This document shows positions 45,847 to 58,300 of a stretch of 64,000 bases of DNA, in pieces. The first letter of the stretch is position 1. Each line of letters starts with the position of its first letter. The notes beneath the pieces are model-generated. The model did not search any database and was not told the origin of the DNA. It saw only the letters and a program-made list of their open reading frames with translations. Source of the DNA: Phaeosaccion multiseriatum (taxonomy: Eukaryota; Protista; Ochrophyta, other classes); contig OZ218964.1 of assembly GCA_965112735.1 (NCBI GenBank), forward strand, positions 2,675,909 to 2,739,908, written 5' to 3'. Both the position numbers and the translations under genes were made by a program.

Positions 45847-48800
45847 ATCTGTGGGCTCCGGTGGGCCATCTGGCGTTGAACTGCGCTTTGTCTGGGCCGG
45901 TGGGGTTGAAATGGTCCCACCATGGTCGTCATGAGTCTACCGTGCGTCTCTGGTGTGCCCGGTGTGGTTGTACACTCTGTTCTGTGGGGTTGAAATGGCC
46001 TATCTGTGAGCCCCGGTGGGTCATCTGGCGCCCGATTGCGACACGGGAGGGTTGAACAATGGCTTCCATGGGCCGGTGGGGTTGAAATGGTCCCACCATG
46101 GTCGCAATGAGTGGGCGCTGCGTCCATGGTGGGCTCGGCGGGGTTTAACATGGACCTCTGTGGGGTTGAACACGCCCATCTGTGCCCCCCCCCCCGGTGG
46201 GCAATCTGGGCCTGGTTTCGACACGGGAGGGTTGAACAATGCCTTCCATGGGCCGGTGGGGTTGAGATGGTCCCACCATGGTCGCAATGAGTCTGTGCTG
46301 CGTCCATGGTGCGCTCCGCGGGGTTGAACATGGACCTCTGTGGGGTTGAACAGTCCCATCTGTGGGTTCCCCGGGTGGACAATCTGGGCCTGATCTCGGC
46401 ACGGGAGGGTTGAACAATGCCTTCCATGGGCCGGTGGGGTTGAAATGGTCCCACCATGGTCGCAATCAGTGCGCGCGGCGTCTATGGTGCGCTCGGCGGG
46501 GCTGAACATGGACCTCTGTGGGGTTGAACAGGCCCATCTGTGGACTCCCCCGGTGGACAATCTGAGCCTGATTTCGAAACGGGAGGGTTGAACAATGCCT
46601 TCCATGGGCCGGTGGGGTTGAAATGGTCCCACCATGGTCGCAATGAGTGTACGCGGCGTCCATGGTGCGCTCGGCGGGGTTGAACATGGACCTCTGTGGG
46701 GTTGAACAGGCCCATCTGTGGACCCCGGCGGGCAATCAGGGCCTGATTTCGCCACGGGAGGGTTGAACAATGCCTTGTGTGGGCCGGTGGGGTTGAAATG
46801 GTCCCAACATGGTCGCAATCAGTGCGCGCTGCGTCTATGGGGCGCTCGGCGGGGTTGAACATGGACCTCTGTGGGGTTGAACAGTCCCATCTGTGGGTTC
46901 CCCGGGTGGACAATCTGGGCCTGATCTCGGCACGGGAGGGTTGAACAATGCCTTCCATGCGCCGGTGGGGTTGAAATGGTCCCACCATGGTCGCAATGAG
47001 TGTACGCTTCGTCTACGGTGCGCTTGGCGGGGTTGAACATGGACCTCTGTGGGGTTGAACAGGCCCATCTGGGGGCACCCCCGGTGGGCAATCTGGGCCT
47101 GATTTCGGCACTGGAGGGTTGAACAATGCCTTCCATGGGCCGGTGGGGTTGAAATGGTCCCACCATGGTCGCAATGAGTCTGTGCTGCGTCCATGGTGCG
47201 CTCGGCGGGGTTGAACATGGACCTCTGTGGGGTTGAACAGGCCCATCTGTGAGCCCCGGTGGGTCATCTGGCGCCTGATTTCGACACCGGAGGGTTGAAC
47301 TGTGCTTTCTCTGGGCCAGTGGTGGTGAAATCGTCCCACCATGGTCGTCATGCGTCTGCCGGGCGTCGCTGGTGTGCTCGGTGTGATTGTACACTCTGTT
47401 CTGTGGGGTTGAAATGGCCCATCTGTGAGCCCCGGGGGGCCGTCTGGCGCCTGATTTTGACACAGGAGGGTTGAAGTGTGCTTTTTCTGGGCCAGTGGTG
47501 GTGAAATGGTCCCACCATGGTCGGCACGAGTCTACCGGGCGTCTCTGGTGTGCTCGGTGTGATTGTACACTCTGTTCTGTGGGGTTGAAATGGCCCATCT
47601 GTGAGCCCCGGTGGGTCATTTGGCGCCTGATTTTGACACGGGAGGGTTGAAGTGTGCTTTCTCTGGGCCGGTGGGTTTGAAATGGTCCCACCATGGTCGT
47701 CATGAGTCTGCGGGGCGTCTCGGGTGTGCTCGGTGTGGTTGTACACTCTGTTCTGTGGGGTTGAAATGGCCCATCTGTGAGCCCCGGTGGGTCTTCTGGC
47801 GCTTGATTTCGACACGGGAGGGTTGAAGTGTGCTTTCTCTGGGCCAGTGGTGGTGAAATGGTCCCACCATGGTCCGCATCAATCGGCCTTGCGTCTCGGG
47901 TGTGCTCGGTGTAGTTGTACACTCTGTTCTATGGGGTTGAAATGGCCCATCTCTAAGCCCCCGGTGGGTCATCTGGCGCCTGATTTCGACACAGGAGGGT
48001 TGAAGAGTGCTTTCTCTGGGCCAGTGGTGGTGATATCGTCCCACCATGGTCGTCATGCGTCTGCCGGGCGTCGCTGGTGTGCTCGGTGTGATTGTACACT
48101 CTGTTCTGTGGGGTTGAAATGGCCCATCTGTGAGCCCCGGTGGGTCATCTGGCGCCTGATATCGACACGGGAGGGTTGAAGAGTGCCTTCTCTGGGCCAG
48201 TGGTGGTGAAATGGTCCCACCATGGTCGTCATGAGTCTTCCGGGCGTCTCGGGTGTGCTCGTTGTGACTGTACACTCTGTTCTGTGGGGTTGAAATGGCC
48301 CATCTGTGAGCCCCGGTGGGTCATCTGGCGCCTGATATCGACACGGGAGGGTTGAAGAGTGCCTTCTCTGGGCCAGTGGTGTTGAAATGGTCCCACCATG
48401 GTCGTCATGGGTCCGCTGGGCGTCTCTGGTGTGCTCGGTGTGGTTGTACACTCTGTTCTGTGGATTTGAAATTGCCCATCTGTGAGCCCCGGTGGGTCAT
48501 CTGGCGCGCGATCGCGACACGGGAGGGTTGAAGTGTGCTTTCTCTGGGCCAGTGGGGTTGAAAATGTCCCACCATGGTCGTCATGAGTCTGCCATGCGTC
48601 TCTGGTGTGCTCGGTGTGATTTTACACTCTGTTCTGTGGGGTTGAAATGGCCCGTCTGTGAGCCCCGGTGGGTCATCTGGCGCCCGATCGCGACACGGGA
48701 GGGTTGAAGTGTGCTTTCTCTGGGCCAGTGGTGGTGAAATGGTCCCACCATGGTCGTCATGAGTCTGCCGTGCGTCTCTGGTGTGCTCGGTGTGGTTGTA

Positions 48801-51800
48801 CACTCTGTTCTGTGGGGTTGAAATGGCCCATCTGTGAGCCCCGGTGGGTCATCTGGCGCCCGATTATGACACGGGAGGGTTGAAGTGTGCTTTCTATGGG
48901 CCGGTGGTGGTGAAATGGTCCCACCATGGTCGTCATGGGTCCGCTGGGCGTCTCTGGTGTGCTCGGTGTGGTTGTACACTCTGTTCTATGGGGTTGAAAT
49001 GGCCCATCTGTGAGCCCCGGTGGGTCATCTGGCGCCCGATCGCGACACGGGAGGGTTGAAGTGCGCTTTCTCTGGGCCAGTGGTGAAGAAATGGTCCCAC
49101 CATGGTCGTCATGAGTCTGCCATGCGTCTCTGGTGTGCTCGGTGTGATTTTACACTCTGTTCTGTGGGGTTGAAATGGCCCGTCTGTGAGCCCCGGTGGG
49201 TCATCTGGCGCCCGATCGCGACACGGGAGGGTTGAAGTGTGCTTTCTCTGGGCCAGTGGTGGTGAAATGGTCCCACCATGGTCGTCATGAGTCTGCCGTG
49301 CGTCTCTGGCGTGCTCGGTGTGGTTGTACACTCTGTTCTGTGGGGTTGAAATGGCCCATCTGTGAGCCCCGGTGGGTCATCTGGCACCCGATTTTGACAC
49401 GGGAGGGTTGAAGAGTGCTTTCTCTGGGCCAGTGGTGGTGATATCGTCCCACCATGGTCGTCATGCGTCTGCCGGGCGTCGCTGGTGTGCTCGGTGTGAT
49501 TGTACACTCTGTTCTGTGGGGTTGAAATGGCCCATCTGTGAGCCCTGGTGGGTCATCTGGCGCCTGATATCGACACGGGAGGGTTGAAGAGTGCCTTCTC
49601 TGGGCCAGTGGTGTTGAAATGGTCCCAACATGGTCGTCATGAGTCTTCCGGGCGTCTCGGGTGTGCTCGGTGTGGTTGTACACTCTGTTCTGTGGGTTTG
49701 AAATGGCCCATCTGTGAGCCCCGGTGGGTCATCTGGCGCGCGATCGCGACACGGGAGGGTTGAAGTGTGCTTTCTCTGGGCCGGTGGTGGTGAAATGGTC
49801 CCACCATGGTCGTCATGGGTCCGCCGGGCGTCTCTGGTGTGCTCGGTGTGATTGTACACTCTGTTCTGTGGGGTTGAAACGGCCCATCTGTTAGCCCCGG
49901 GGGGCCATCTGGCGCCCGATCGCGACACGGGAGGGTTGAAGTGTGCTTTCTCTGGGCCGGTGGGGTTGAAATGGTCCCACCATGGTCGTCATAAGTACAC
50001 TGGGCGTCGCTGGTGTGCTCGGTGTGGTTGTACACTCTGTTCTATGGGGTTGAAATGGCCCATCTGTGAGCCCCGGTGGGTCATCTGGCGCCTGATTTTG
50101 ACACGGGAGGGTTGAAGTGTGCTTTCTCTGGGCCAGTGGGGTTGAAATGGTCCCACCATGGTCGTCATGAGTCAGCCGTGCGTCTCGGGTGTGCTCGGTG
50201 TGATTGTACACTCTGTTCTATGGGGTTGAAATGGCCCATCTGTGAGCCCCGGTGGGTCATCTGGCGCCTAGTGAGTTTGGACACGGGGGGGTTGAAGTGT
50301 GCTTTCTCTGGGCCGGTGGGTTTGAAATGGTCCCACCATGGTCGTCATGAGTCCGCCGGGCGTCTCTGGTGTGCTCGGTGTGATTGTACACTCAGTTCTG
50401 TGGGGTTGAAATGGCCCATCTGTGAGCCCCGGTGGGTCATCTGGCGCCCGATCGCGACACGGGAGGGTTGAAGTGCGCTTTCTCTGGGCCAGTGGTGAAG
50501 AAATGGTCCCACCATGGTCGTCATGAGTCTGCCATGCGTCTCTGGTGTGCTCGGTGTGATTTTACACTCTGTTCTGTGGGGTTGAAATGGCCCGTCTGTG
50601 AGCCCCGGTGGGTCATCTGGCGCCAGATTTCGACACGGGAGGGTTGAAGAGTGCTTTCTCTGGGTCATTGGTGGTGAAGTGGTCCCACCATGGTCGTCAT
50701 GAGACTACGGGGCGTCTCTGGTGTGCTCGGTGTAATTGTACACTCTGTTCTGTGGGGTTGAAATGGCCCGTCTGTGAGCCCCGGTGGGTCATCTGGCGCC
50801 AGATTTCGACACGGGAGGGTTGAAGAGTGCTTTCTCTGGGCCATTGGTGTTGAAATGGTCCCACCATGGTCGTCGTGAGTCCTCCGGGCGTCTCTGGTGT
50901 GCTCGGTGTGATTGTACACTCTGTTCTGTGGGGTTGAAATGGCCCATCTGTGAGCCCCGGTGGGTCATCTGGCGCCCGATCGCGACACGGGAGGGTTGAA
51001 GTGCGCTTTCTCTGGGCCAGTGGTGAAGAAATGGTCCCACCATGGTCGTCATGAGTCTGCCATGCGTCTCTGGTGTGCTCGGTGTGATTTTACACTCTGT
51101 TCTGTGGGGTTGAAATGGCCCGTCTGTGAGCCCCGGTGGGTCATCTGGCGCCCGATCGCGACACGGGAGGGTTGAAGTGTGCTTTCTCTGGGCCAGTGGT
51201 GGTGAAATGGTCCCACCATGGTCGTCATGAGTCTGCCGTGCGTCTCTGGTGTGCTCGGTGTGGTTGTACACTCTGTTCTGTGGGGTTCAAATGGCCCATC
51301 TGTGAGCCCCGGTGGGTCATCTGGCGCCCGATTTTGACACGGGAGGGTTGAAGTGTGCTTTCTATGGGCCGGTGGTGTTGAAATGGTCCCACCATGGTCG
51401 TCATGGGTCCGCCGGGCGTCTCTGGTGTGCTCGGTGTGGTTGTACACTCTGTTCTATGGGGTTGAAATGGCCCATCTGTGAGCCCCGGGGGGCCATCTGG
51501 CGCGCGATTTCGACACGGGAGGGTTGAAGTGTGCTTTCTCTGGGCCAGTGGTGGTGAAATGGTCCCACCATGGTCGTCATGCGTCCACCGTGCGTCTCTG
51601 GTGTGCTCGGTGTGGTTGTACACTCTGTTCTGTGGGGTTGAAATGGCCCATCTGTGAGCCCCGGTGGGTCATCTGGCACCTGATTTTGACACGGGAGGGT
51701 TGAAGTGTGCTTTCTCTGGGCCAGCGGGGTTGAAATGGTCCCACCATGGTCGTCATGAGTCTGCGGGGCGTCTCTGGTGTGCTCGGTGTGATTGTACACT

Positions 51801-54800
51801 CAGTTCTGTGGGGTTGAAATGGCCCATCTGTGAGCCCCGGTGGGTCATTTGGCGCCTGATGTCGACACGGGAGGGTTGAAGTGTGCTTTCTCTGGGCCAG
51901 CGTGGTTGAAATGGTCCCACCATGGTCGTCATCCGTCCGCCGTGCGTCTGTGGTGTGCTCGGTGTGGTTGTACACTCTGTTCTGTGGGGTTGAAATGGCC
52001 CATCTGTGAGCCCCGGTGGGTCATCTGGCGCCTGATTTTGACACGGGAGGGTTGAAGTGTGCTTTCTCTGGGCCAGTGGTGGTGAAATGGTCCCACCATG
52101 GTCGTCATGAGTCCGCGGGGCGTCTCTGGTGTGCTCGGTGTGGTTGTACACTCTGTTCTGTGGGGTTGAAATGGCCCATCTGTGAGCCCCGGTGGGTCAT
52201 CTGGCGCCTAATTTCGACACGGGAGGGTTGAAGTGTGCTTTCTATGGGCCAGCGGGGTTGACATGGTCCCACCATGGTCGTCATGAGTCCGCCGTGCGTC
52301 TCTGGTGTGCTCGGTGTGATTGTACACTCTGTTCTATGGGGTTGAAATGGCCCATCTGTGAGCCCCGGGGGGGCGTCTGGCGCCTGATTTTGACACAGGA
52401 GGGTTGAAGTGTGCTTTCTCTGGTCCAGTGGTGGTAAAATGGTCCCACCATGGTCGTCATGCGTCTGCCGGGCGTCTCTGGTGTGCTCGGTGTGGTTGTA
52501 CACTCTGTTCTGTGGGGTTGAAATGGCCCATCTGTGAGCCCCGGTGGGTCATCTGGCGCTTGATTTCGACACGGGAGGGTTGAAGTGTGCTTTCTCTGGG
52601 CCGGTGGTGGTGAAATGGTCCCACCATGGTCGTCATGGGTCCGCCGGGCGTCTCTGGTGTGCTCGGTGTGATTGTACACTCTGTTCTGTGGGGTTGAAAC
52701 GGCCCATCTGTTAGCCCCGGGGGGCCATCTGGCGCCCGATCGCGACACGGGAGGGTTGAAGTGTGCTTTCTCTGGGCCGGTGAAGTTGAAATGGTCCCAC
52801 CATGGTCGTCATGAGTACACTGGGCGTCGCTGGTGTGCTCGGTGTGGTTGTACACTCTGTTCTATGGGGTTGAAATGGCCCATCTGTGAGCCCCGGTGGG
52901 TCATCTGGCGCCTGATTTTGACACGGGAGGGTTGAAGTGTGCTTTCTCTGGGCCAGTGGGGTTGAAATGGTCCCACCATGGTCGTCATGAGTCCGCGGGG
53001 CGTCTCTGGTGTGCTCGGTGTGGTTGTACACTCTGTTCTGTGGGGTTGAAATGGCCCATCTGTGAGCCCCGGTGGGTCATCTGGCGCCTAATTTCGACAC
53101 GGGAGGGTTGAAGTGTGCTTTCTCTGGGCCAGCGTGGTTGAAATGGTCCCACCATGGTCGTCATCCGTCCGCCGTGCGTCTGTGGTGTGCTCGGTGTGGT
53201 TGTACACTCTGTTCTGTGGGGTTGAAATGGCCCATCTGTGAGCCCCGGTGGGTCATCTGGCGCCTGATTTTGACACGGGAGGGTTAGAGTGTGCTTTCTC
53301 TGGGCCAGTGGTGGTGAAATGGTCCCACCGTGGTCGTCATGAGTCCGCGGGGCGTCTCTGGTGTGCTCGGTGTGGTTGTACACTCTGTTCTGTGGGGTTG
53401 AAATGGCCCATCTGTGAGCCCCGGTGGGTCATCTGGCGCCTAATTTCGACACGGGAGGGTTGAAGTGTGCTTTCTCTGGGCCAGCGGGGTTGAAATGGTC
53501 CCACCATGGTCGTCATGAGTCCGCCGTGCGTCTCTGGTGTGCTCGGTGTGATTGTACACTCTGTTCTATGGGGTTGAAATGGCCCATCTGTGAGCCCCGG
53601 GGGGGCGTCTGGCGCCTGATTTTGACACAGGAGGGTTGAAGTGTGCTTTCTCTGGTCCAGTGGTGGTAAAATGGTCCCACCATGGTCGTCATGCGTCTGC
53701 CGGGCGTCTCTGGTGTGCTCGGTGTGGTTGTACACTCTGTTCTGTGGGGTTGAAATGGCCCATCTGTGAGCCCCGGTGGGTCATCTGGCGCTTGATTTCG
53801 ACACGGGAGGGTTGAAGTGTGCTTTCTCTGGGCCGGTGGTGGTGAAATGGTCCCACCATGGTCGTCATGGGTCCGCCGGGCGTCTCTGGTGTGCTCGGTG
53901 TGATTGTACACTCTGTTCTGTGGGGTTGAAACGGCCCATCTGTTAGCCCCGGGGGGCCATCTGGCGCCCGATCGCGACACGGGAGGGTTGAAGTGTGCTT
54001 TCTCTGGGCCGGTGGGGTTGAAATGGTCCCACCATGGTCGTCATGAGTACACTGGGCGTCGCTGGTGTGCTCGGTGTGGTTGTACACTCTGTTCTATGGG
54101 GTTGAAATGGCCCATCTGTGAGCCCCGGTGGGTCATCTGGCGCCTGATTTTGACACGGGAGGGTTGAAGTGTGCTTTCTCTGGGCCAGTGGGGTTGAAAT
54201 GGTCCCACCATGGTCGTCATGAGTCTGCCGTGCGTCTCGGGTGTGCTCGGTGTGATTGTACACTCTGTTCTATGGGGTTGAAATGGCCCATCTGTGAGCC
54301 CCGGTGGGTCATCTGGCGCCTAGTGAGTTTGGACACGGGGGGGTTGAAGTGTGCTTTCTCTGGGCCGGTGGGTTTGAAATGGTCCCACCATGGTCGTCAT
54401 GAGTCCGCCGGGCGTCTCTGGTGTGCTCGGTGTGATTGTACACTCAGTTCTGTGGGGTTGAAATGGCCCATCTGTGAGCCCCGGTGGGTCATCTGGCGCC
54501 CGATCGCGACACGGGAGGGTTGAAGTGCGCTTTCTCTGGGCCAGTGGTGAAGAAATGGTCCCACCATGGTCGTCATGAGTCTGCCATGCGTCCCTGGTGT
54601 GCTCGGTGTGATATTACACTCTGTTCTGTGGGGTTGAAATGGCCCGTCTGTGAGCCCCGGTGGGTCATCTGGCGCCAGATTTCGACACGGGAGGGTTGAA
54701 CTGTGCTTTGTCTGGGCCAGTGGTGGTGAAATGGTCCCACCATGGTCGTCATGAGTCCGCGGGGCGTCTCTGGTGTGCTCGGTGTGATTGTACACTCTGT

Positions 54801-55332
54801 TCTGTGGGGTTGAAATGGCCCATCTGTGAGCCCCGGTGGGTCATCTGGCGCCTGATTTCGGCACGGGAGGGTTGAAGTGTGCTTTCTCTGGGCCAGTGGT
54901 GGTGAAATAATCCCACCATGGTCGTCATGAGTCCGCGGGGCGTCTCTGGTGTGCTCGGTGTGATTGTACACTCTGTTCTGTGGGGTTCAAATGGCCCATC
55001 TGTGAGCCCCGGTGGGTCATCTGGCACCTGATTTTGACACGGGAGGGTTGAAGTGTGCTTTCTCTGGGCCAGCGGGGTTGAAATGGTCCCACCATGGTCG
55101 TCATGAGTCTGCCGGGCGTTTCTGGTGTGTTCGGTGTGGTTGTATACTCTGTTCTGTGGGGTTGAAATGGCCCATCTGTGAGCCCCGGGGGGCCATCTGG
55201 CGCCCGATCGCGACACGGGAGGGTTGAAGTGTGCTTTCTCTGGGCCAGCGGGGTTGAAATGGTCCCACCATGGTCGTCATGAGTCCGCCGGGCGTCTCTG
55301 GTGTGCTCGGTGTGATTGTACACTCTGTTCTG
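45847..55332. repeat. Subtelomeric tandem satellite, ~176-bp monomer, ~54 copies, two subfamilies
   Basis: Period of 176 bp (recurrent ORF starts at 48140, 48316, 48492, 48668...). One type-A unit, then seven 175-180-bp type-B units (about 46020-47260, ttgaacatggacctct), then ~46 type-A units (gtacactctgttctg). Confidence 0.97.
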
Positions 55333-58300
55333 GTTAGGGTTAGGGTTAGGGTTAGGGTTAGGGTTAGGGTTAGGGTTAGGGTTAGGGTTAGGGTTAGGGT
55401 TAGGGTTAGGGTTAGGGTTAGGGTTAGGGTTAGGGTTAGGGTTAGGGTTAGGGTTAGGGTTAGGGTTAGGGTTAGGGTTAGGGTTAGGGTTAGGGTTAGG
55501 GTTAGGGTTAGGGTTAGGGTTAGGGTTAGGGTTAGGGTTAGGGTTAGGGTTAGGGTTAGGGTTAGGGTTAGGGTTAGGGTTAGGGTTAGGGTTAGGGTTA
55601 GGGTTAGGGTTAGGGTTAGGGTTAGGGTTAGGGTTAGGGTTAGGGTTAGGGTTAGGGTTAGGGTTAGGGTTAGGGTTAGGGTTAGGGTTAGGGTTAGGGT
55701 TAGGGTTAGGGTTAGGGTTAGGGTTAGGGTTAGGGTTAGGGTTAGGGTTAGGGTTAGGGTTAGGGTTAGGGTTAGGGTTAGGGTTAGGGTTAGGGTTAGG
55801 GTTAGGGTTAGGGTTAGGGTTAGGGTTAGGGTTAGGGTTAGGGTTAGGGTTAGGGTTAGGGTTAGGGTTAGGGTTAGGGTTAGGGTTAGGGTTAGGGTTA
55901 GGGTTAGGGTTAGGGTTAGGGTTAGGGTTAGGGTTAGGGTTAGGGTTAGGGTTAGGGTTAGGGTTAGGGTTAGGGTTAGGGTTAGGGTTAGGGTTAGGGT
56001 TAGGGTTAGGGTTAGGGTTAGGGTTAGGGTTAGGGTTAGGGTTAGGGTTAGGGTTAGGGTTAGGGTTAGGGTTAGGGTTAGGGTTAGGGTTAGGGTTAGG
56101 GTTAGGGTTAGGGTTAGGGTTAGGGTTAGGGTTAGGGTTAGGGTTAGGGTTAGGGTTAGGGTTAGGGTTAGGGTTAGGGTTAGGGTTAGGGTTAGGGTTA
56201 GGGTTAGGGTTAGGGTTAGGGTTAGGGTTAGGGTTAGGGTTAGGGTTAGGGTTAGGGTTAGGGTTAGGGTTAGGGTTAGGGTTAGGGTTAGGGTTAGGGT
56301 TAGGGTTAGGGTTAGGGTTAGGGTTAGGGTTAGGGTTAGGGTTAGGGTTAGGGTTAGGGTTAGGGTTAGGGTTAGGGTTAGGGTTAGGGTTAGGGTTAGG
56401 GTTAGGGTTAGGGTTAGGGTTAGGGTTAGGGTTAGGGTTAGGGTTAGGGTTAGGGTTAGGGTTAGGGTTAGGGTTAGGGTTAGGGTTAGGGTTAGGGTTA
56501 GGGTTAGGGTTAGGGTTAGGGTTAGGGTTAGGGTTAGGGTTAGGGTTAGGGTTAGGGTTAGGGTTAGGGTTAGGGTTAGGGTTAGGGTTAGGGTTAGGGT
56601 TAGGGTTAGGGTTAGGGTTAGGGTTAGGGTTAGGGTTAGGGTTAGGGTTAGGGTTAGGGTTAGGGTTAGGGTTAGGGTTAGGGTTAGGGTTAGGGTTAGG
56701 GTTAGGGTTAGGGTTAGGGTTAGGGTTAGGGTTAGGGTTAGGGTTAGGGTTAGGGTTAGGGTTAGGGTTAGGGTTAGGGTTAGGGTTAGGGTTAGGGTTA
56801 GGGTTAGGGTTAGGGTTAGGGTTAGGGTTAGGGTTAGGGTTAGGGTTAGGGTTAGGGTTAGGGTTAGGGTTAGGGTTAGGGTTAGGGTTAGGGTTAGGGT
56901 TAGGGTTAGGGTTAGGGTTAGGGTTAGGGTTAGGGTTAGGGTTAGGGTTAGGGTTAGGGTTAGGGTTAGGGTTAGGGTTAGGGTTAGGGTTAGGGTTAGG
57001 GTTAGGGTTAGGGTTAGGGTTAGGGTTAGGGTTAGGGTTAGGGTTAGGGTTAGGGTTAGGGTTAGGGTTAGGGTTAGGGTTAGGGTTAGGGTTAGGGTTA
57101 GGGTTAGGGTTAGGGTTAGGGTTAGGGTTAGGGTTAGGGTTAGGGTTAGGGTTAGGGTTAGGGTTAGGGTTAGGGTTAGGGTTAGGGTTAGGGTTAGGGT
57201 TAGGGTTAGGGTTAGGGTTAGGGTTAGGGTTAGGGTTAGGGTTAGGGTTAGGGTTAGGGTTAGGGTTAGGGTTAGGGTTAGGGTTAGGGTTAGGGTTAGG
57301 GTTAGGGTTAGGGTTAGGGTTAGGGTTAGGGTTAGGGTTAGGGTTAGGGTTAGGGTTAGGGTTAGGGTTAGGGTTAGGGTTAGGGTTAGGGTTAGGGTTA
57401 GGGTTAGGGTTAGGGTTAGGGTTAGGGTTAGGGTTAGGGTTAGGGTTAGGGTTAGGGTTAGGGTTAGGGTTAGGGTTAGGGTTAGGGTTAGGGTTAGGGT
57501 TAGGGTTAGGGTTAGGGTTAGGGTTAGGGTTAGGGTTAGGGTTAGGGTTAGGGTTAGGGTTAGGGTTAGGGTTAGGGTTAGGGTTAGGGTTAGGGTTAGG
57601 GTTAGGGTTAGGGTTAGGGTTAGGGTTAGGGTTAGGGTTAGGGTTAGGGTTAGGGTTAGGGTTAGGGTTAGGGTTAGGGTTAGGGTTAGGGTTAGGGTTA
57701 GGGTTAGGGTTAGGGTTAGGGTTAGGGTTAGGGTTAGGGTTAGGGTTAGGGTTAGGGTTAGGGTTAGGGTTAGGGTTAGGGTTAGGGTTAGGGTTAGGGT
57801 TAGGGTTAGGGTTAGGGTTAGGGTTAGGGTTAGGGTTAGGGTTAGGGTTAGGGTTAGGGTTAGGGTTAGGGTTAGGGTTAGGGTTAGGGTTAGGGTTAGG
57901 GTTAGGGTTAGGGTTAGGGTTAGGGTTAGGGTTAGGGTTAGGGTTAGGGTTAGGGTTAGGGTTAGGGTTAGGGTTAGGGTTAGGGTTAGGGTTAGGGTTA
58001 GGGTTAGGGTTAGGGTTAGGGTTAGGGTTAGGGTTAGGGTTAGGGTTAGGGTTAGGGTTAGGGTTAGGGTTAGGGTTAGGGTTAGGGTTAGGGTTAGGGT
58101 TAGGGTTAGGGTTAGGGTTAGGGTTAGGGTTAGGGTTAGGGTTAGGGTTAGGGTTAGGGTTAGGGTTAGGGTTAGGGTTAGGGTTAGGGTTAGGGTTAGG
58201 GTTAGGGTTAGGGTTAGGGTTAGGGTTAGGGTTAGGGTTAGGGTTAGGGTTAGGGTTAGGGTTAGGGTTAGGGTTAGGGTTAGGGTTAGGGTTAGGGTTA

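Noticed and set aside
45843-55323. Dozens of repeated 71-aa and 132-aa ORFs (MGHLAPD..., MYNHTEH...)
   Set aside because: They are translations of the 176-bp satellite. The period is not a multiple of 3, they occur on both strands, and they contain no domain.
45847-55332. CRISPR-like or rDNA/snRNA tandem array
   Set aside because: There are no unique spacers, since whole monomers are homologous. I recognise no 5S, tRNA or snRNA motifs.
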